The position numbers were made by a program, and so were the translations under genes. Shown piece by piece: positions 45,859 to 56,228 of a stretch of 64,000 nucleotides of DNA. This stretch comes from a virus. Taxonomy: Duplodnaviria; Heunggongvirae; Uroviricota; Caudoviricetes. Under the pieces are notes generated by a model. It searched no databases. It was not told the DNA's origin and worked only from the letters and a program-made list of their open reading frames with translations. The first letter of the stretch is position 1, and each line of letters opens with the position of its first letter. The stretch lies in IMG/VR virus record IMGVR_UViG_3300017565_000001, positions 205,741 through 269,740 of that record. The stretch is one strand, 5' to 3'.

Positions 45859-47115
45859 ATGCAAACCAAAGTAGTAACCATCGCCAATGGCATTCGTGTC
45901 CTGATCGTCAACAATCCCAACGTCCAGAGCGTGACTGTTGGGGCCTTCACCAACGTTGGTGCCCGAAATGAAACCAAGAAGCTCAACGGCATCAGCCACT
46001 TCCTGGAGCATATGGCGTTCAAGGGTACGACCACTCGTGACTACCTGAAGATCGCCACTGATGCCGAGCGCCTGGGTGCCAGCATGAACGCCTACACGAG
46101 TCGCGATCGCACTGCCTACCATATGGGTGGGTTGGCCAAGCATCTGCCCACTTTCGTAGAAATCATCGGTGACATTCTGAGCAATTCAGTGTTGCCCGAA
46201 GATGAAATCGAACGTGAACGCGGCGTCATCGTACAAGAGTTCGAACGCTACCAGGACAATCCCTCGGCCATCGCGTACTACCAGTTCGAGAAGGCTCGCT
46301 ACGGTGACAGCTCGTACGGTCGCACTATCCTGGGTCCCAAGGCTAACATCCTGCGTTTCACCCGCGATGACTTCAAGGGGTACATGGACAAGCATTACAC
46401 TGGTCGAAACATCATCGTTGCCATCGCCGGCAATGTTGACGAAGACCAGGCAGTGAAGCTCGTCGAACAACACTTCGGCAGCATTCCGGAAGGTCAGGAA
46501 GCTGTGGTCGAACTGCCCAAGTTCGTGGGTGGCATTCAACCCCTGAAGCGTTCATTCAAGCAAAGCCACGTGGTGATCGGCTTCGAAGCCGCTAACCTGC
46601 AGGAAGACTTCTACGCCGATTTGGTGGCTGGTGAACTTCTGGGTGGTGGTATGAGCTCCCCGCTGTTCGTTGAAGTCCGCGAAAAGCGTGGCCTGGCATA
46701 TAGCATCGCCAGTAGCACGGATTTCTCGGACAACAATGGCCAGATGTACATGTTCGCAGGCACCACGGAAGAACATCTGGATCAAATGTTCGACACCATC
46801 GGCGACGTACTGTTGAGCCACACCCAGACGATCACTCCCATGGATCTGGAACGCGCCATCAACTCCCTGCTGGTTTACGAGATCCGCAAGACTGAGCGTC
46901 CTTTCGCAGTTGCCACCAATGCTGCTGAGGATCTGTTCACTCACGGTAAAATCAGCGACGCGAGCGAATTCGTTCGTCGCGTTGAGGCAGTCACCGCTGA
47001 AGACGTGAAGGCTAGTATTGCCCGCATGATCGCCTCACCCGCCAGCGTTGCGGTTGTGGGTAAGGGTGCAGACGATCGCTTCCTGGCAAGCCTGGAAACC
47101 AAGCTGAAGGGTTAA
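45859..47115 (+). CDS. M16 (pitrilysin/insulinase-family) zinc peptidase
   Basis: GISHFLEHMAFKGT, NAYTS, LGGGMSS.LF.EVREKRGLAY. Confidence 0.93.
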   Translation: MQTKVVTIANGIRVLIVNNPNVQSVTVGAFTNVGARNETKKLNGISHFLEHMAFKGTTTRDYLKIATDAERLGASMNAYTSRDRTAYHMGGLAKHLPTFVEIIGDILSNSVLPEDEIERERGVIVQEFERYQDNPSAIAYYQFEKARYGDSSYGRTILGPKANILRFTRDDFKGYMDKHYTGRNIIVAIAGNVDEDQAVKLVEQHFGSIPEGQEAVVELPKFVGGIQPLKRSFKQSHVVIGFEAANLQEDFYADLVAGELLGGGMSSPLFVEVREKRGLAYSIASSTDFSDNNGQMYMFAGTTEEHLDQMFDTIGDVLLSHTQTITPMDLERAINSLLVYEIRKTERPFAVATNAAEDLFTHGKISDASEFVRRVEAVTAEDVKASIARMIASPASVAVVGKGADDRFLASLETKLKG

Positions 47116-47255
47116 TCCTTAGCTACATGACCGGGAGCCCACTTCGGTGGGCTTTTTCTTGAGTTCATGATTCGTCCAGCCATAGAAAAGGCCCCTTGCT
47201 GACTTAGGGGCCTGAGGGATGGGTATCAGCGGGGGTTGCTGATACCCTTGCCCGA

Positions 47256-47738
47256 TTAGGCTGCGGCTTGGGCCGCTTGGCTTTTGCCGCGACGGGCACC
47301 GGTGGTCTTCTTGGCGACGGCCTTGGTCTTCGTGGCGCGGGAAGCACGGGGAGCCTTCTTGGGAGCATCTGCGGCCATGGAGCCTGCTTCGTCGCGAACG
47401 CGCCAGAGGCGAGCGGTCGGGATGATCTTGCTGGGCTTCTCGCCCGGTTCGCCGTGGACGTCTGCCGCCAACCACTTGTAGCTGGTGGGTTCCAGGGTCA
47501 GGTGGGTGCCACGTTGCAGGCCGGCGTCGTTCAGGAAAGCTTCGGCCATGCGACCGTTCACGGTCACGCCGACACCACCACGGGTGCGCGACGACAGGGG
47601 GAACGTGTCACGTCCGCCTTCGGAAGCGACGGGCTTGATCATCAGTTTGCCGTCCACGATCTTCAGCTTCAGGGCCTTGGTGGTGCCGTCGATGAAGTTG
47701 GTGACAGCGGGCTTGTTCAGGGTCAGGTTGAATTGCAT
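47256..47738 (-). CDS. probable DNA-binding protein with basic Lys/Ala tail
   Basis: AAGGAG RBS, extreme codon bias, APKKAPRASRATKTKAVAKK tail. Confidence 0.75.
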   Translation of the reverse strand: MQFNLTLNKPAVTNFIDGTTKALKLKIVDGKLMIKPVASEGGRDTFPLSSRTRGGVGVTVNGRMAEAFLNDAGLQRGTHLTLEPTSYKWLAADVHGEPGEKPSKIIPTARLWRVRDEAGSMAADAPKKAPRASRATKTKAVAKKTTGARRGKSQAAQAAA

Positions 47739-48087
47739 GTTGGTGCTCCTTCAAAAGTTTATCGAGAGTGCTACAAAGGTGAATGGAGTTGCTTACCACA
47801 TCACAAAGTTGTTTTGTCTTTGCGTACAACCATAATAGTTGCGAACTACGTGCCAAGTCAACCTTTATGGCGATCTCTGGTAGTCAGAAGAATACCTAGA
47901 TAAAACAAGAACCTACGTAGTTCTATGAATATTCTGGTTGAAATTATTTGACTTTTTCAAGACAAATTTTTCATCAAATGTTGTTTGTGCCACACGAAAT
48001 CGAAGAATAAAATGTTGACTTCAAACAAACTGTAAAAAGTGTATGAATAAATACCACTTATAACGATGGCACTTTACAGGCAAATTG

Positions 48088-48414
48088 ATGGCAATAATTT
48101 CATTTACTGACGCAGCAAGGCGGCAACTCATCTCCTATATGGAGCAGAATGATATCACTGCATTGCGTCTGAGTGTTCGAAACTCAGGATGCAGTGGATG
48201 GCGATGCTCATTTGAGCACTTTGTTGGTGATTCATCCTCTATGGCATCCGTTCCGGTGATTGAAGGCCGGCATGTCGTAATGTCTGAACATGACCTGTTT
48301 GTTCTAGATGGTATGACTGTGGATTACGAACGCAATGGTTTGTCATCTCAATATAAGTTCAATACCAGAACGCCCCAAACATATTGTGGATGTGGTGAGA
48401 GCTTTACTTTCTAA
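48088..48414 (+). CDS. A-type Fe-S carrier (IscA/HesB family)
   Basis: I.FT.AA, SGCSG, CGCGESF. Confidence 0.9.
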   Translation: MAIISFTDAARRQLISYMEQNDITALRLSVRNSGCSGWRCSFEHFVGDSSSMASVPVIEGRHVVMSEHDLFVLDGMTVDYERNGLSSQYKFNTRTPQTYCGCGESFTF

Positions 48415-48417
48415 TCC

Positions 48418-48636
48418 ATGTTTGATCATCTACCCTTTAAAACCCATCGGGTTGTCACTGGAGAGCAGCTATTTCTAGCGGAATTCTGGGACGAACCAAT
48501 AAGAGAATGGTGTGCAAATAATTGTGAAGGAGCCTGGGAAACTTCCCTGGAATCCGTTGAGTCATTGCACTCCGTCATGATTGCTATTCATTTTGAAGAA
48601 GAGGATGACGCGCTGTTGTTTCAGCTGTCATATTGA
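48418..48636 (+). CDS. FExxEDAxxFKL family protein
   Basis: WCANNC.G.W..FEEEDDALLFQLSY. Confidence 0.75.
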   Translation: MFDHLPFKTHRVVTGEQLFLAEFWDEPIREWCANNCEGAWETSLESVESLHSVMIAIHFEEEDDALLFQLSY

Positions 48637-48639
48637 AAT

Positions 48640-48861
48640 ATGAGCAAAGATTACGAATATCAGGTTTCAATTGATTTTGACGTAAATCGATCCGTTCAGG
48701 AAGAAGAAGGGATGGCGTCTGCTATTCATAGTTGGTGCAATTCCTATTGCAGTGGTGAATGGGCGTGCTCATTCAATTTCAGCAACACTAGACACCTGGG
48801 CTCTGTCAACATGAGCTTCAGGGAAGAAATGGATGCTTGTCTGTTCAAGCTTTCATTTTAA
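48640..48861 (+). CDS. FExxEDAxxFKL family protein
   Basis: WCNSYC.G.W..FREEMDACLFKLSF. Confidence 0.75.
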   Translation: MSKDYEYQVSIDFDVNRSVQEEEGMASAIHSWCNSYCSGEWACSFNFSNTRHLGSVNMSFREEMDACLFKLSF

Positions 48862-48925
48862 ATGAGTATTTTGCCTACTGAGGCTCACAAATAAATATTT
48901 GGACTAGGGAACCTTGGAGGCGATT

Positions 48926-49168
48926 GTGAGCAATGTTATTAAATTCCCAAGAAGCGAAGAACGTAAAGCTCTGTTGAAGGAGCAAACAGAACAAAATTCA
49001 ATGTTCATGGGAGCGTTCAGCTTTACTTGTCCATGTGGTACTGTGGCGCATATTCAGCCACAGAATATGATATTCAGGACTATGGAGTTCTACTGCAAGG
49101 ACTGTGGTACAGCTCACAAGGTTACAAACCCAGCCTTCACCCCACCCAAACCTACAAAATCTCGTTAA
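48926..49168 (+). CDS. zinc-ribbon protein
   Basis: CPCG..CKDCG, GGAGG RBS. Confidence 0.7.
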   Translation: MSNVIKFPRSEERKALLKEQTEQNSMFMGAFSFTCPCGTVAHIQPQNMIFRTMEFYCKDCGTAHKVTNPAFTPPKPTKSR

Positions 49169-49256
49169 TCTTGTTGCCAATTTTTGCGCTAAAGCGTGAT
49201 GGCGTTTAATATATGTCATCACGTTTAGCCTTAAATAGAGGCAAGGAGATTTACGC

Positions 49257-49715
49257 ATGTCAGCAGTAAAAGTTCGAGTGTTGGACGCTCGTATTCAGGA
49301 ACATCTTCCCAAGTATCAAACACCAGGTTCAGCAGGCTTTGATCTGCGTGCCGCCATCGATGCTCCCCTAGTCATCGAAGCAGGCCAAACGGTTCTGGTC
49401 CCAACTGGTTTGTCAATCTATCTGCAGGATCCAAACCTTGTTGGTATCATTGCTCCTCGCTCTGGTCTGGGCCACAAGAATGGCATTGTGTTGGGTAACT
49501 TGGTTGGTGTGATCGACTCCGACTATCAAGGTCAGCTCATGGTTTCGGTGTGGAATCGAAACGCAAAGGGATCTGAACCTTTCACAATTAACCCGCTTGA
49601 TCGCATTGCTCAATATTTGGTTATGCCAGTCGTTCAAGCAACTTTTGAAGTGGTTGACGAATTCCAAGCTACTGAACGTGGCGAAGGTGGATTCGGCTCC
49701 ACGGGCAAACAATAA
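49257..49715 (+). CDS. dut: dUTPase
   Basis: [36 protein letters not shown]. Confidence 0.97.
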   Translation: MSAVKVRVLDARIQEHLPKYQTPGSAGFDLRAAIDAPLVIEAGQTVLVPTGLSIYLQDPNLVGIIAPRSGLGHKNGIVLGNLVGVIDSDYQGQLMVSVWNRNAKGSEPFTINPLDRIAQYLVMPVVQATFEVVDEFQATERGEGGFGSTGKQ

Positions 49716-50069
49716 ATGGACTACCCAGGACTTGACGCTTCTAAATTAACAGACGACCAGTTGATGAATAAGATTGCCGAAATTCACGGCAAACTTATCT
49801 ACGCTTATAACTTCAGCAACGCCCAGGAATTCGTTGAACAACTTCAATGGATTCTGGAGACTTTGCAATTTGAACAGAGCGATAGAGCGAACCGCCGAGC
49901 CTGGGATCTGATGTCCAGAAAGCAACCACAAGTGATTGAAACTGAACCCGATTTGGTCGTCAAGCAGAAAGATGATTCCCTTCCAAGCAAAAAGAAGGGT
50001 GGTGTTTCTGGTGGCGGCAGCCTACTCAAACGCTCAAGAAGCTCCACTGCTGGAACTACGGACCTTTAA
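49716..50069 (+). CDS. hypothetical protein
   Basis: adjacent to dut. Confidence 0.75.
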   Translation: MDYPGLDASKLTDDQLMNKIAEIHGKLIYAYNFSNAQEFVEQLQWILETLQFEQSDRANRRAWDLMSRKQPQVIETEPDLVVKQKDDSLPSKKKGGVSGGGSLLKRSRSSTAGTTDL

Positions 50070-50191
50070 CCTGAGTGTTAATAAATAAAGTTGGTAGCTT
50101 GGTGGGGATCCTTAATAAGGCCGCTCAAACCCACCAAGCGAAGTCGGGCCCGGCTACCATTTGCTTGCAATGAAGTATCAATCAAAGGTGT

Positions 50192-50902
50192 ATGATGAGT
50201 GAAGTTAACGATGATATTTTGGGTGAAAGTTACACCTGGGTAAACTTCAAGTTCAAGACTATCCGTATAGTTGGCAATACGATCACTAGTCACAATAGTT
50301 CCATCAAGGCAGAAATGCTCGTTGATGACGATGCATCAGATCAAGATGTAATGATTGCATTGGAGAAAATTCATTTCTGGTTCGACCAGATTGTTCCATT
50401 GAGCGTATTGTTTTGCCGAGACAATGAATTTGCGTTCAATGTTATGTTTGGTGCTGACGGTACCCTGCAGTCAGCAAACTTCCCTATGGCCATCCCAGAA
50501 GAGCCCACAGACGATTATTTGGCATTGGTGTTCCACAGCAAGCTGAATGCTCTAGCGGGTGATTCCTTGGCCTTTGGTATGATTGAAATTCAAAGTGATA
50601 CCAGGGAACAACTTACCTGTACCTTCACTGGATATGGTGAATTGTTCTTACCTGATATGGACGAATGGGTGGGTGAACGCGCATTTCATTCAAAGCCCTG
50701 GTGGGCGCGCAATGACGGGTCAACCCTAGATATTGTGCCACCTGAGGATGCGGATCTCAAACATCCGCCACTCGTTGGTGTTGACTTGTCTTTTATTGAA
50801 CAAAGATTTAGGCAACCTGAGTCCGGAACTGCTATCGTAATCAGACCTGAAAAATTCAAGCCTGAGGTCATTATCGGTGGAAAGGACAAACCAGAGAATT
50901 GA
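50192..50902 (+). CDS. phage hypothetical protein
   Basis: 236 aa, KPWW.R.D motif. Confidence 0.8.
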   Translation: MMSEVNDDILGESYTWVNFKFKTIRIVGNTITSHNSSIKAEMLVDDDASDQDVMIALEKIHFWFDQIVPLSVLFCRDNEFAFNVMFGADGTLQSANFPMAIPEEPTDDYLALVFHSKLNALAGDSLAFGMIEIQSDTREQLTCTFTGYGELFLPDMDEWVGERAFHSKPWWARNDGSTLDIVPPEDADLKHPPLVGVDLSFIEQRFRQPESGTAIVIRPEKFKPEVIIGGKDKPEN

Positions 50903-51413
50903 TAATTGGGGTCGAGTGGTCCTTGACGAACAAGGGCTACTTGAACTCTTTTATAAGGGGATTGAAAATCCCCAGGATGTTCTTATTGAAAGAACTCCAG
51001 AAGTTGAAGCATACAATCAGTGGTGTCAAACATTTGATGCCGCGGATAAGAAAGTGATCATTTTCCAGGATATGGACAAATCTCCTGAAGAATATCACGC
51101 AGAACGACAAGCCAATTGGCTGATTCCTCAAGAATATTTGGATCTGGATGTGGAATCATGGCTCTATGCCAAATGCAACAACCAGATCCAGATTGATCGA
51201 GTCAAGACTGAACTGGAATTGTTCAACAAACATCAGATGTACGACGTATTGCGTTTGTTCATCTACATTACTGAAACACTTCGAACCAACAACGTATGGT
51301 GGGGAGTGGGGCGTGGTAGTAGCGTCTCCAGTTATTGTTTATTCCTGATAGGTGTCCATAAGATTGATTCAATCAAATATGATCTCGATATCAAAGAGTT
51401 CATAAGGGACTGA
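50877..51413 (+). CDS. stand-alone fragment of DNA polymerase III alpha (DnaE-like)
   Basis: RV..EL..F...WGVGRGSSVSS..L.LIGVH.ID.IKYDL. Confidence 0.8.
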   Translation: MERTNQRIDNWGRVVLDEQGLLELFYKGIENPQDVLIERTPEVEAYNQWCQTFDAADKKVIIFQDMDKSPEEYHAERQANWLIPQEYLDLDVESWLYAKCNNQIQIDRVKTELELFNKHQMYDVLRLFIYITETLRTNNVWWGVGRGSSVSSYCLFLIGVHKIDSIKYDLDIKEFIRD

Positions 51414-51453
51414 AAATTAAGTGCATAAATAATGCATGAACGGAGGGATTTCA

Positions 51454-51777
51454 ATGAAACTCAAAACTATGCGTGGTAAGGTGCTTGATATCACTCAAGT
51501 CTATGCGCAGAACGAAACGTCAATTGCCATTGGTAATGCAAACATGAACGCCCGTGGCGATATCGTGGGGCCTGGCGGTAAGGTTGTGAAGCGCAAGGAA
51601 CAAGTGGCTCAAGAATATCATAAGAGCAACCCCAATGCCGTGAAACGTACGAGCATCAAGGAAGTTCAACCCGATGTGTTCTTGACACCACAAGAAGTTA
51701 TGGCCGAACTCAACAATCAAGCTCCCCAGGCAGCAACACCAGCTCCTAAGGGTCGCCGCATTGTAGACAAGCCCTAA
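51454..51777 (+). CDS. phage protein, probably late
   Basis: TMRGKVLD..AIGN.NMNARGD..G.GG; TAAATA. Confidence 0.8.
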   Translation: MKLKTMRGKVLDITQVYAQNETSIAIGNANMNARGDIVGPGGKVVKRKEQVAQEYHKSNPNAVKRTSIKEVQPDVFLTPQEVMAELNNQAPQAATPAPKGRRIVDKP

Positions 51778-51909
51778 ACTCCAGTCACCTTCCATTAAAA
51801 GGCCACCATGTTTTGGTGGCCTTTTATTTTGAGTAAATCATGTCATTTCTATTTTGACGACAATAAGACTGGCAAATACAATGATATGACTTTAAGGAGT
51901 TTTCAAAAC

Positions 51910-52254
51910 ATGATGGCAGTTACAGGAAAGCTGAAGCCGATGCCTGGGAAGGTATTTGTTGAACAGCTGGAAAATGGTCAAAGAGTGTCGATGGGTGGTA
52001 TTTTGATCCCTGATGACAACATGAAGAACCATGGTATCCGCCCACGCTGGGGTAAGGTTTGGGCAGTTGGTAATGGGGTTGAGGGTATCGAAGTCGGTGA
52101 ATGGATTCTGATCGAACATGGTCGTTGGTCTTTCGGTGTTGACATTCGGGGCGAAGACGGCGAAACGTTCAAGGTCTGGATGGTCGAATATCCCAAGAGT
52201 GTTTTGCTGGCAAGCGACGTATTCCCCTCCGAACTCAAGCCCACAGGAAAGTAA
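51910..52254 (+). CDS. groES: GroES-like co-chaperonin
   Basis: LKP...V.V....GGILIPD...GKVWAVG.G...IEVGE. Confidence 0.8.
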   Translation: MMAVTGKLKPMPGKVFVEQLENGQRVSMGGILIPDDNMKNHGIRPRWGKVWAVGNGVEGIEVGEWILIEHGRWSFGVDIRGEDGETFKVWMVEYPKSVLLASDVFPSELKPTGK

Positions 52255-53193
52255 ATGGCAATCGATCTATGGACTGAAAAGTATCGCCCTACCACTCTTG
52301 ATGAGTATGTATGGCGGGAACCCGCACAGAGGGCTCAGGTAGAGTCCTGGCTGCAAGATAAGGTGTTGCCTCACCTCTTGCTGTCTGGTGTGCAAGGTAG
52401 TGGCAAAACGTCTTTGGCGAAGCTCATGCTACGTCTTCTAAACGTTAATCCAGGTGACATTTTGGAAGTGAATGCCAGTCGCGAACGTAAGGTCGAAGAT
52501 GTTCAGACTAAGATCCTGAACTTTGTCAGCACTTGGCCTATTGGTGACTTCAAGTATGTGTTGCTGGACGAAGCTGATTCCATGAGTCAGTTGGCTCAAC
52601 GGATGCTGCGTGGTGAAATGGAGAAGTATGCTGATTCATGTCGCTTCATCCTGACTTGCAACTATCCCAACAAGATCATTCCAGCTCTCCATAGTCGTTG
52701 CCAGGGTTTCCACTTTGATGCCTTGGATCAAAACGAATTCATGGTACGTTGCGCAACCATTCTTTCGAATGAGGGTGTGGCTATGGAAACTGAGGAAGAC
52801 ATTATGGTCTTGAACGAGTTCGTGGAGATGACCCATCCCGACTTGCGCAAGTGTATCAACCTCATGCAACAAAACGTTCTGGGTGGCAAACTTCGCAAAC
52901 CAGAAGTCCGTGATAGTGGTGGCAAGGACTATCTGTTGGAAATGGTTGGGTTGTTCCAACAAGGTCAATATCTGGCAGCCAGAAAGTTGATCGTTGGGCA
53001 AGCACAACCCGAAGAATACGAAGAGATTTACCGCTTCATGTATCAAAACTTGCAGGTTTGGGGAGATACTGAGGAACAACAGAACGAAGCTCTGTTGATT
53101 ATTCGTAAGGGTTTGGTAAATCACGGGCTGGTGGCCGATGTTGAGATTAACTTGGCTGCAACTATTGTTGAACTTACCCAGCTGAAGAAATGA
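52255..53193 (+). CDS. sliding-clamp loader AAA+ subunit (RFC small / T4 gp44-like)
   Basis: WTEKYRP, G..GSGKT, NAS, LDEAD, SRC, DLRK.IN. Confidence 0.93.
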   Translation: MAIDLWTEKYRPTTLDEYVWREPAQRAQVESWLQDKVLPHLLLSGVQGSGKTSLAKLMLRLLNVNPGDILEVNASRERKVEDVQTKILNFVSTWPIGDFKYVLLDEADSMSQLAQRMLRGEMEKYADSCRFILTCNYPNKIIPALHSRCQGFHFDALDQNEFMVRCATILSNEGVAMETEEDIMVLNEFVEMTHPDLRKCINLMQQNVLGGKLRKPEVRDSGGKDYLLEMVGLFQQGQYLAARKLIVGQAQPEEYEEIYRFMYQNLQVWGDTEEQQNEALLIIRKGLVNHGLVADVEINLAATIVELTQLKK

Positions 53194-53438
53194 GCAAGAA
53201 GTTCGTGGATAAGGTGGCAACAAGCGCCATATTGGATTTCATAACCTATATGTCGGCGTCGGATCAACCATTGTCAATTTCTCGCAATCATGAGATTCCT
53301 GCGGCACTAAATCGTGTCAAAGAATTCTTGGAGTTGCGGGATTGTGCTAAGGCTTATGATGATGGTGATCCGGATTATTGGCGATTCCTTAATCCAGAAC
53401 GCAAGCACAACAAAAAGAAAAATAAACGAAGGAAATAA
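53190..53438 (+). CDS. hypothetical protein
   Basis: ATGA coupling. Confidence 0.65.
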   Translation: MSKKFVDKVATSAILDFITYMSASDQPLSISRNHEIPAALNRVKEFLELRDCAKAYDDGDPDYWRFLNPERKHNKKKNKRRK

Positions 53439-53440
53439 TC

Positions 53441-53848
53441 ATGTACAACAAGCAATATCTGGCGAAGCGTCCTTTCATGGTCATCACCGCCTCTTACAAG
53501 CCTGCTCCTGGTGCTCGCACTGAAAAGGCTGGTTGGTCGGAAGTTTCTGGCTGGGAAGTCAACGAGCAACTGTCACTGGTTGATCGCGTCACTCACAAGC
53601 ATCTGGTGAATGCCACCGTCATTGTTGACGTTCTGGAAGCCAGCATTGTCGTGAATCGCCTGCGTGGCGCCTCGGATGAGGAAGCTCTGCAGCACTTCAT
53701 GACCAAGTACAAGGATCAGGTTTCTCAAGCTCTGGGCATCTGGATGGAAGGCGAGGCCCGTAAGCGTGCTTCGACTCTGACCGTTGACCCGGTTGCTGAA
53801 GCTGTGACTGAAGTCACAGAAACCACCGTGGAAAATGAAACGGCCTAA
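53441..53848 (+). CDS. hypothetical protein
   Basis: AAGGA RBS. Confidence 0.8.
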   Translation: MYNKQYLAKRPFMVITASYKPAPGARTEKAGWSEVSGWEVNEQLSLVDRVTHKHLVNATVIVDVLEASIVVNRLRGASDEEALQHFMTKYKDQVSQALGIWMEGEARKRASTLTVDPVAEAVTEVTETTVENETA

Positions 53849-54059
53849 GAATCTTCCCGGCGCACCTGACCCCAAGAAGCTCGCAGAGCTTAGGGCTAGG
53901 CTACCACGTCCAGTCTCTCCAGAAATCCTAGATGGAGTGAAGCGAACTATAGCAAAGCTGGACAAGATTCGCGCCAGATTCGAAACCGACGAAGAATTTC
54001 GCGAATATATGAAACGTAGAAGCGAACGAGAATTCGAACGCCTCAACCGTTTTCGTTAA
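53835..54059 (+). CDS. basic hypothetical protein
   Basis: operonic ORF. Confidence 0.55.
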   Translation: MKRPKNLPGAPDPKKLAELRARLPRPVSPEILDGVKRTIAKLDKIRARFETDEEFREYMKRRSEREFERLNRFR

Positions 54060-54172
54060 AGAAGGCAAATGGTGGTGAACTCAAGACCACCATTTGTCGG
54101 TAGCACCAGGCCCAACTGAACATAAATATTGTCGAGCGGCCTGTTTATAAAAGTCCTTATTGGAGACTGAAA

Positions 54173-54991
54173 TTGGGTAACAAAAGAAACTCCTCGCGTC
54201 GCGATGGTCAAGGTCAACGCAGCGAGCGCGGCAATTTTCACGGCAATTCAAACCCTTCTCAATTCAGAGAGCAACGTAATCAACAACAATTTCCCCAAGA
54301 TCAAGGCCATGAACCGCCAAAGCGTCCCCGCAAACGCATTGATCTGATCCCCAGAAACCTAACACAAGAGCAATACGTCAAGGCTCTTTCCAAATCTGAC
54401 CAGTACATCGTTTTTGCGATGGGCCCTGCAGGATGCGGCAAAACCCTTCTAGCTACCCAATACGCCATTAAGGCGCTGATTGAAGGCACGTTTGACAAGA
54501 TTGTTATCACTCGACCAGCAGTAAGTGTTGATGAGCAACACGGATTCCTGCCTGGTTCTCTGTATCAAAAGATGGAACCCTGGATCCTTCCTATCCTGGA
54601 CGTATTCAAAGAACATTTCATGCCATACCAGATTGAAAAGATGATCGCTGATGGCGTAATCGAAATCAGTCCCCTGGCCTATATGCGTGGTCGCACATTC
54701 AAGAATGCTATCGTCATCGCGGACGAAATGCAGAACAGCACGATTTCGCAAACCAAGATGGTCCTAACTCGTATCGGTGAAAACTCCCGTATTGTGATGA
54801 CTGGTGACTTGAACCAGCACGATCGTGGTTTCAACGACAACGGTCTCAAGGACTTTGTTGCTCGTTTCTCTGCGGCGCCCAGCCGTTGCGAGAATATCAG
54901 CGTGATCAACTTCGCACAAGGCGATGTTGAACGTCACCCCGTCATCGAACAGATCCTGAGTCTGTACGAAGACGATCAATCGGGCGAGTAA
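54173..54991 (+). CDS. phoH: PhoH-family ATPase
   Basis: GPAGCGKT, TRPAV, GFLPG, YMRGRTF, DEMQN, GD..Q.D, RHP. Confidence 0.95.
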   Translation: MGNKRNSSRRDGQGQRSERGNFHGNSNPSQFREQRNQQQFPQDQGHEPPKRPRKRIDLIPRNLTQEQYVKALSKSDQYIVFAMGPAGCGKTLLATQYAIKALIEGTFDKIVITRPAVSVDEQHGFLPGSLYQKMEPWILPILDVFKEHFMPYQIEKMIADGVIEISPLAYMRGRTFKNAIVIADEMQNSTISQTKMVLTRIGENSRIVMTGDLNQHDRGFNDNGLKDFVARFSAAPSRCENISVINFAQGDVERHPVIEQILSLYEDDQSGE

Positions 54992-55051
54992 CCTGATAGT
55001 GGGGTGGCAAGTCCACCCCACTATAAATACACTGAAATTATAGGTGTAGTT

Positions 55052-55531
55052 ATGGAACTCGACATCAAAAATATCGAAGAAACCCCTCATCTGCTGGAAT
55101 TGCTTCTGGAAGTGGAAGACGTCTTGGATTCCCTGGATGTCTACGTATTCAGAAACTGGTTTGACGGAGAAGTCGTAAGCGGCCCATCAGTCAAGCGTTA
55201 TTGGGTTTCAATCAAGCTCAAATTCGAAGAGCATAAAATGCCCGATCCGAGGGCAGCCAAACGTCTGTTGAAACATGGCGTTATGGTCGAATATCAGAAA
55301 GAACAAGAAGAAGATATAAGTGAACACGGCCAGGAAGGCGACACCAAAACCGTTTGGATCGTAACCATTGACGTCCCTCGCAAACTACTGAATGGTATGA
55401 ACGATTCAGGTACCGACTTCTATGATGATGAAATCGACATAGAAGACATCGAAAGTGCCAAAGATCTGGGCGTGGATCAAGAATCTGGTTACGACCAGAG
55501 TGGTGATACTGGAGCACAATCCAATGCATAA
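55052..55531 (+). CDS. phage protein, probably late
   Basis: TATAAATA promoter; LD.YVF.NW..GE...GP...RYW..MPDP. Confidence 0.8.
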   Translation: MELDIKNIEETPHLLELLLEVEDVLDSLDVYVFRNWFDGEVVSGPSVKRYWVSIKLKFEEHKMPDPRAAKRLLKHGVMVEYQKEQEEDISEHGQEGDTKTVWIVTIDVPRKLLNGMNDSGTDFYDDEIDIEDIESAKDLGVDQESGYDQSGDTGAQSNA

Positions 55532-56228
55532 GTTGATGGAAGGTCTACGCCCCCATGATCTAAAGGGGATGCTAGACAATTACGTGAGTGTAGATGAATA
55601 CGAGAGCAAGATTGATGAAGCTGCTCTTGTTATCGCCTTCTACGTTTCTGACCGACACGCCGCCCAAGATGTTAGTCGCTTCATCCAGAAGAGTTTTGTT
55701 GAGCTTCTGGATTCGGAGGTGAGTGCTTCACCTGATCAGAACGGTCGATACCTAGTGTTCGTTGAACTTCCAATGAACAGTAAGGTAGGTGCGGAGATTG
55801 CAGAGCTATGCGATGACCTGTCCTCTTTGGGTGACATTGACACTTGGAGAGTGAAGGTTAGGGGTGAACCCGAAACGAAGGGTATCCCAGCGAAAGAGAT
55901 TCAAAAGATCGTTGACCAAGGGCTTTCTGATGCCCTGCGTGAATATTTTAAAGACACGACTGCGACGAACATCTTGGTTGAGGGACGTTGCACGGTTCAT
56001 TTCGACGCGCAGGAGATGCAATTTTCTGTAACCGACCACGGTCCACTAGAAGATGTTGCAAGGCGTAAGAATTTAGATGAGCGCGCAGTGGACTTATGTA
56101 TTGTTTCGCAAAGAACTTGTAGAAATATCAACAATTTGCTGGGGATACACTGGACCGTAGAGAAGCTAGGTGAACAATACTTGCTTGTGAATACCCAAAC
56201 AGACCGAGCTATCCTTATTGAACCCTAA
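55524..56228 (+). CDS. phage protein
   Basis: EGL...DL..VSVDEY.SK..A.D..RFI..LD.EVS. Confidence 0.8.
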   Translation: MHKLMEGLRPHDLKGMLDNYVSVDEYESKIDEAALVIAFYVSDRHAAQDVSRFIQKSFVELLDSEVSASPDQNGRYLVFVELPMNSKVGAEIAELCDDLSSLGDIDTWRVKVRGEPETKGIPAKEIQKIVDQGLSDALREYFKDTTATNILVEGRCTVHFDAQEMQFSVTDHGPLEDVARRKNLDERAVDLCIVSQRTCRNINNLLGIHWTVEKLGEQYLLVNTQTDRAILIEP

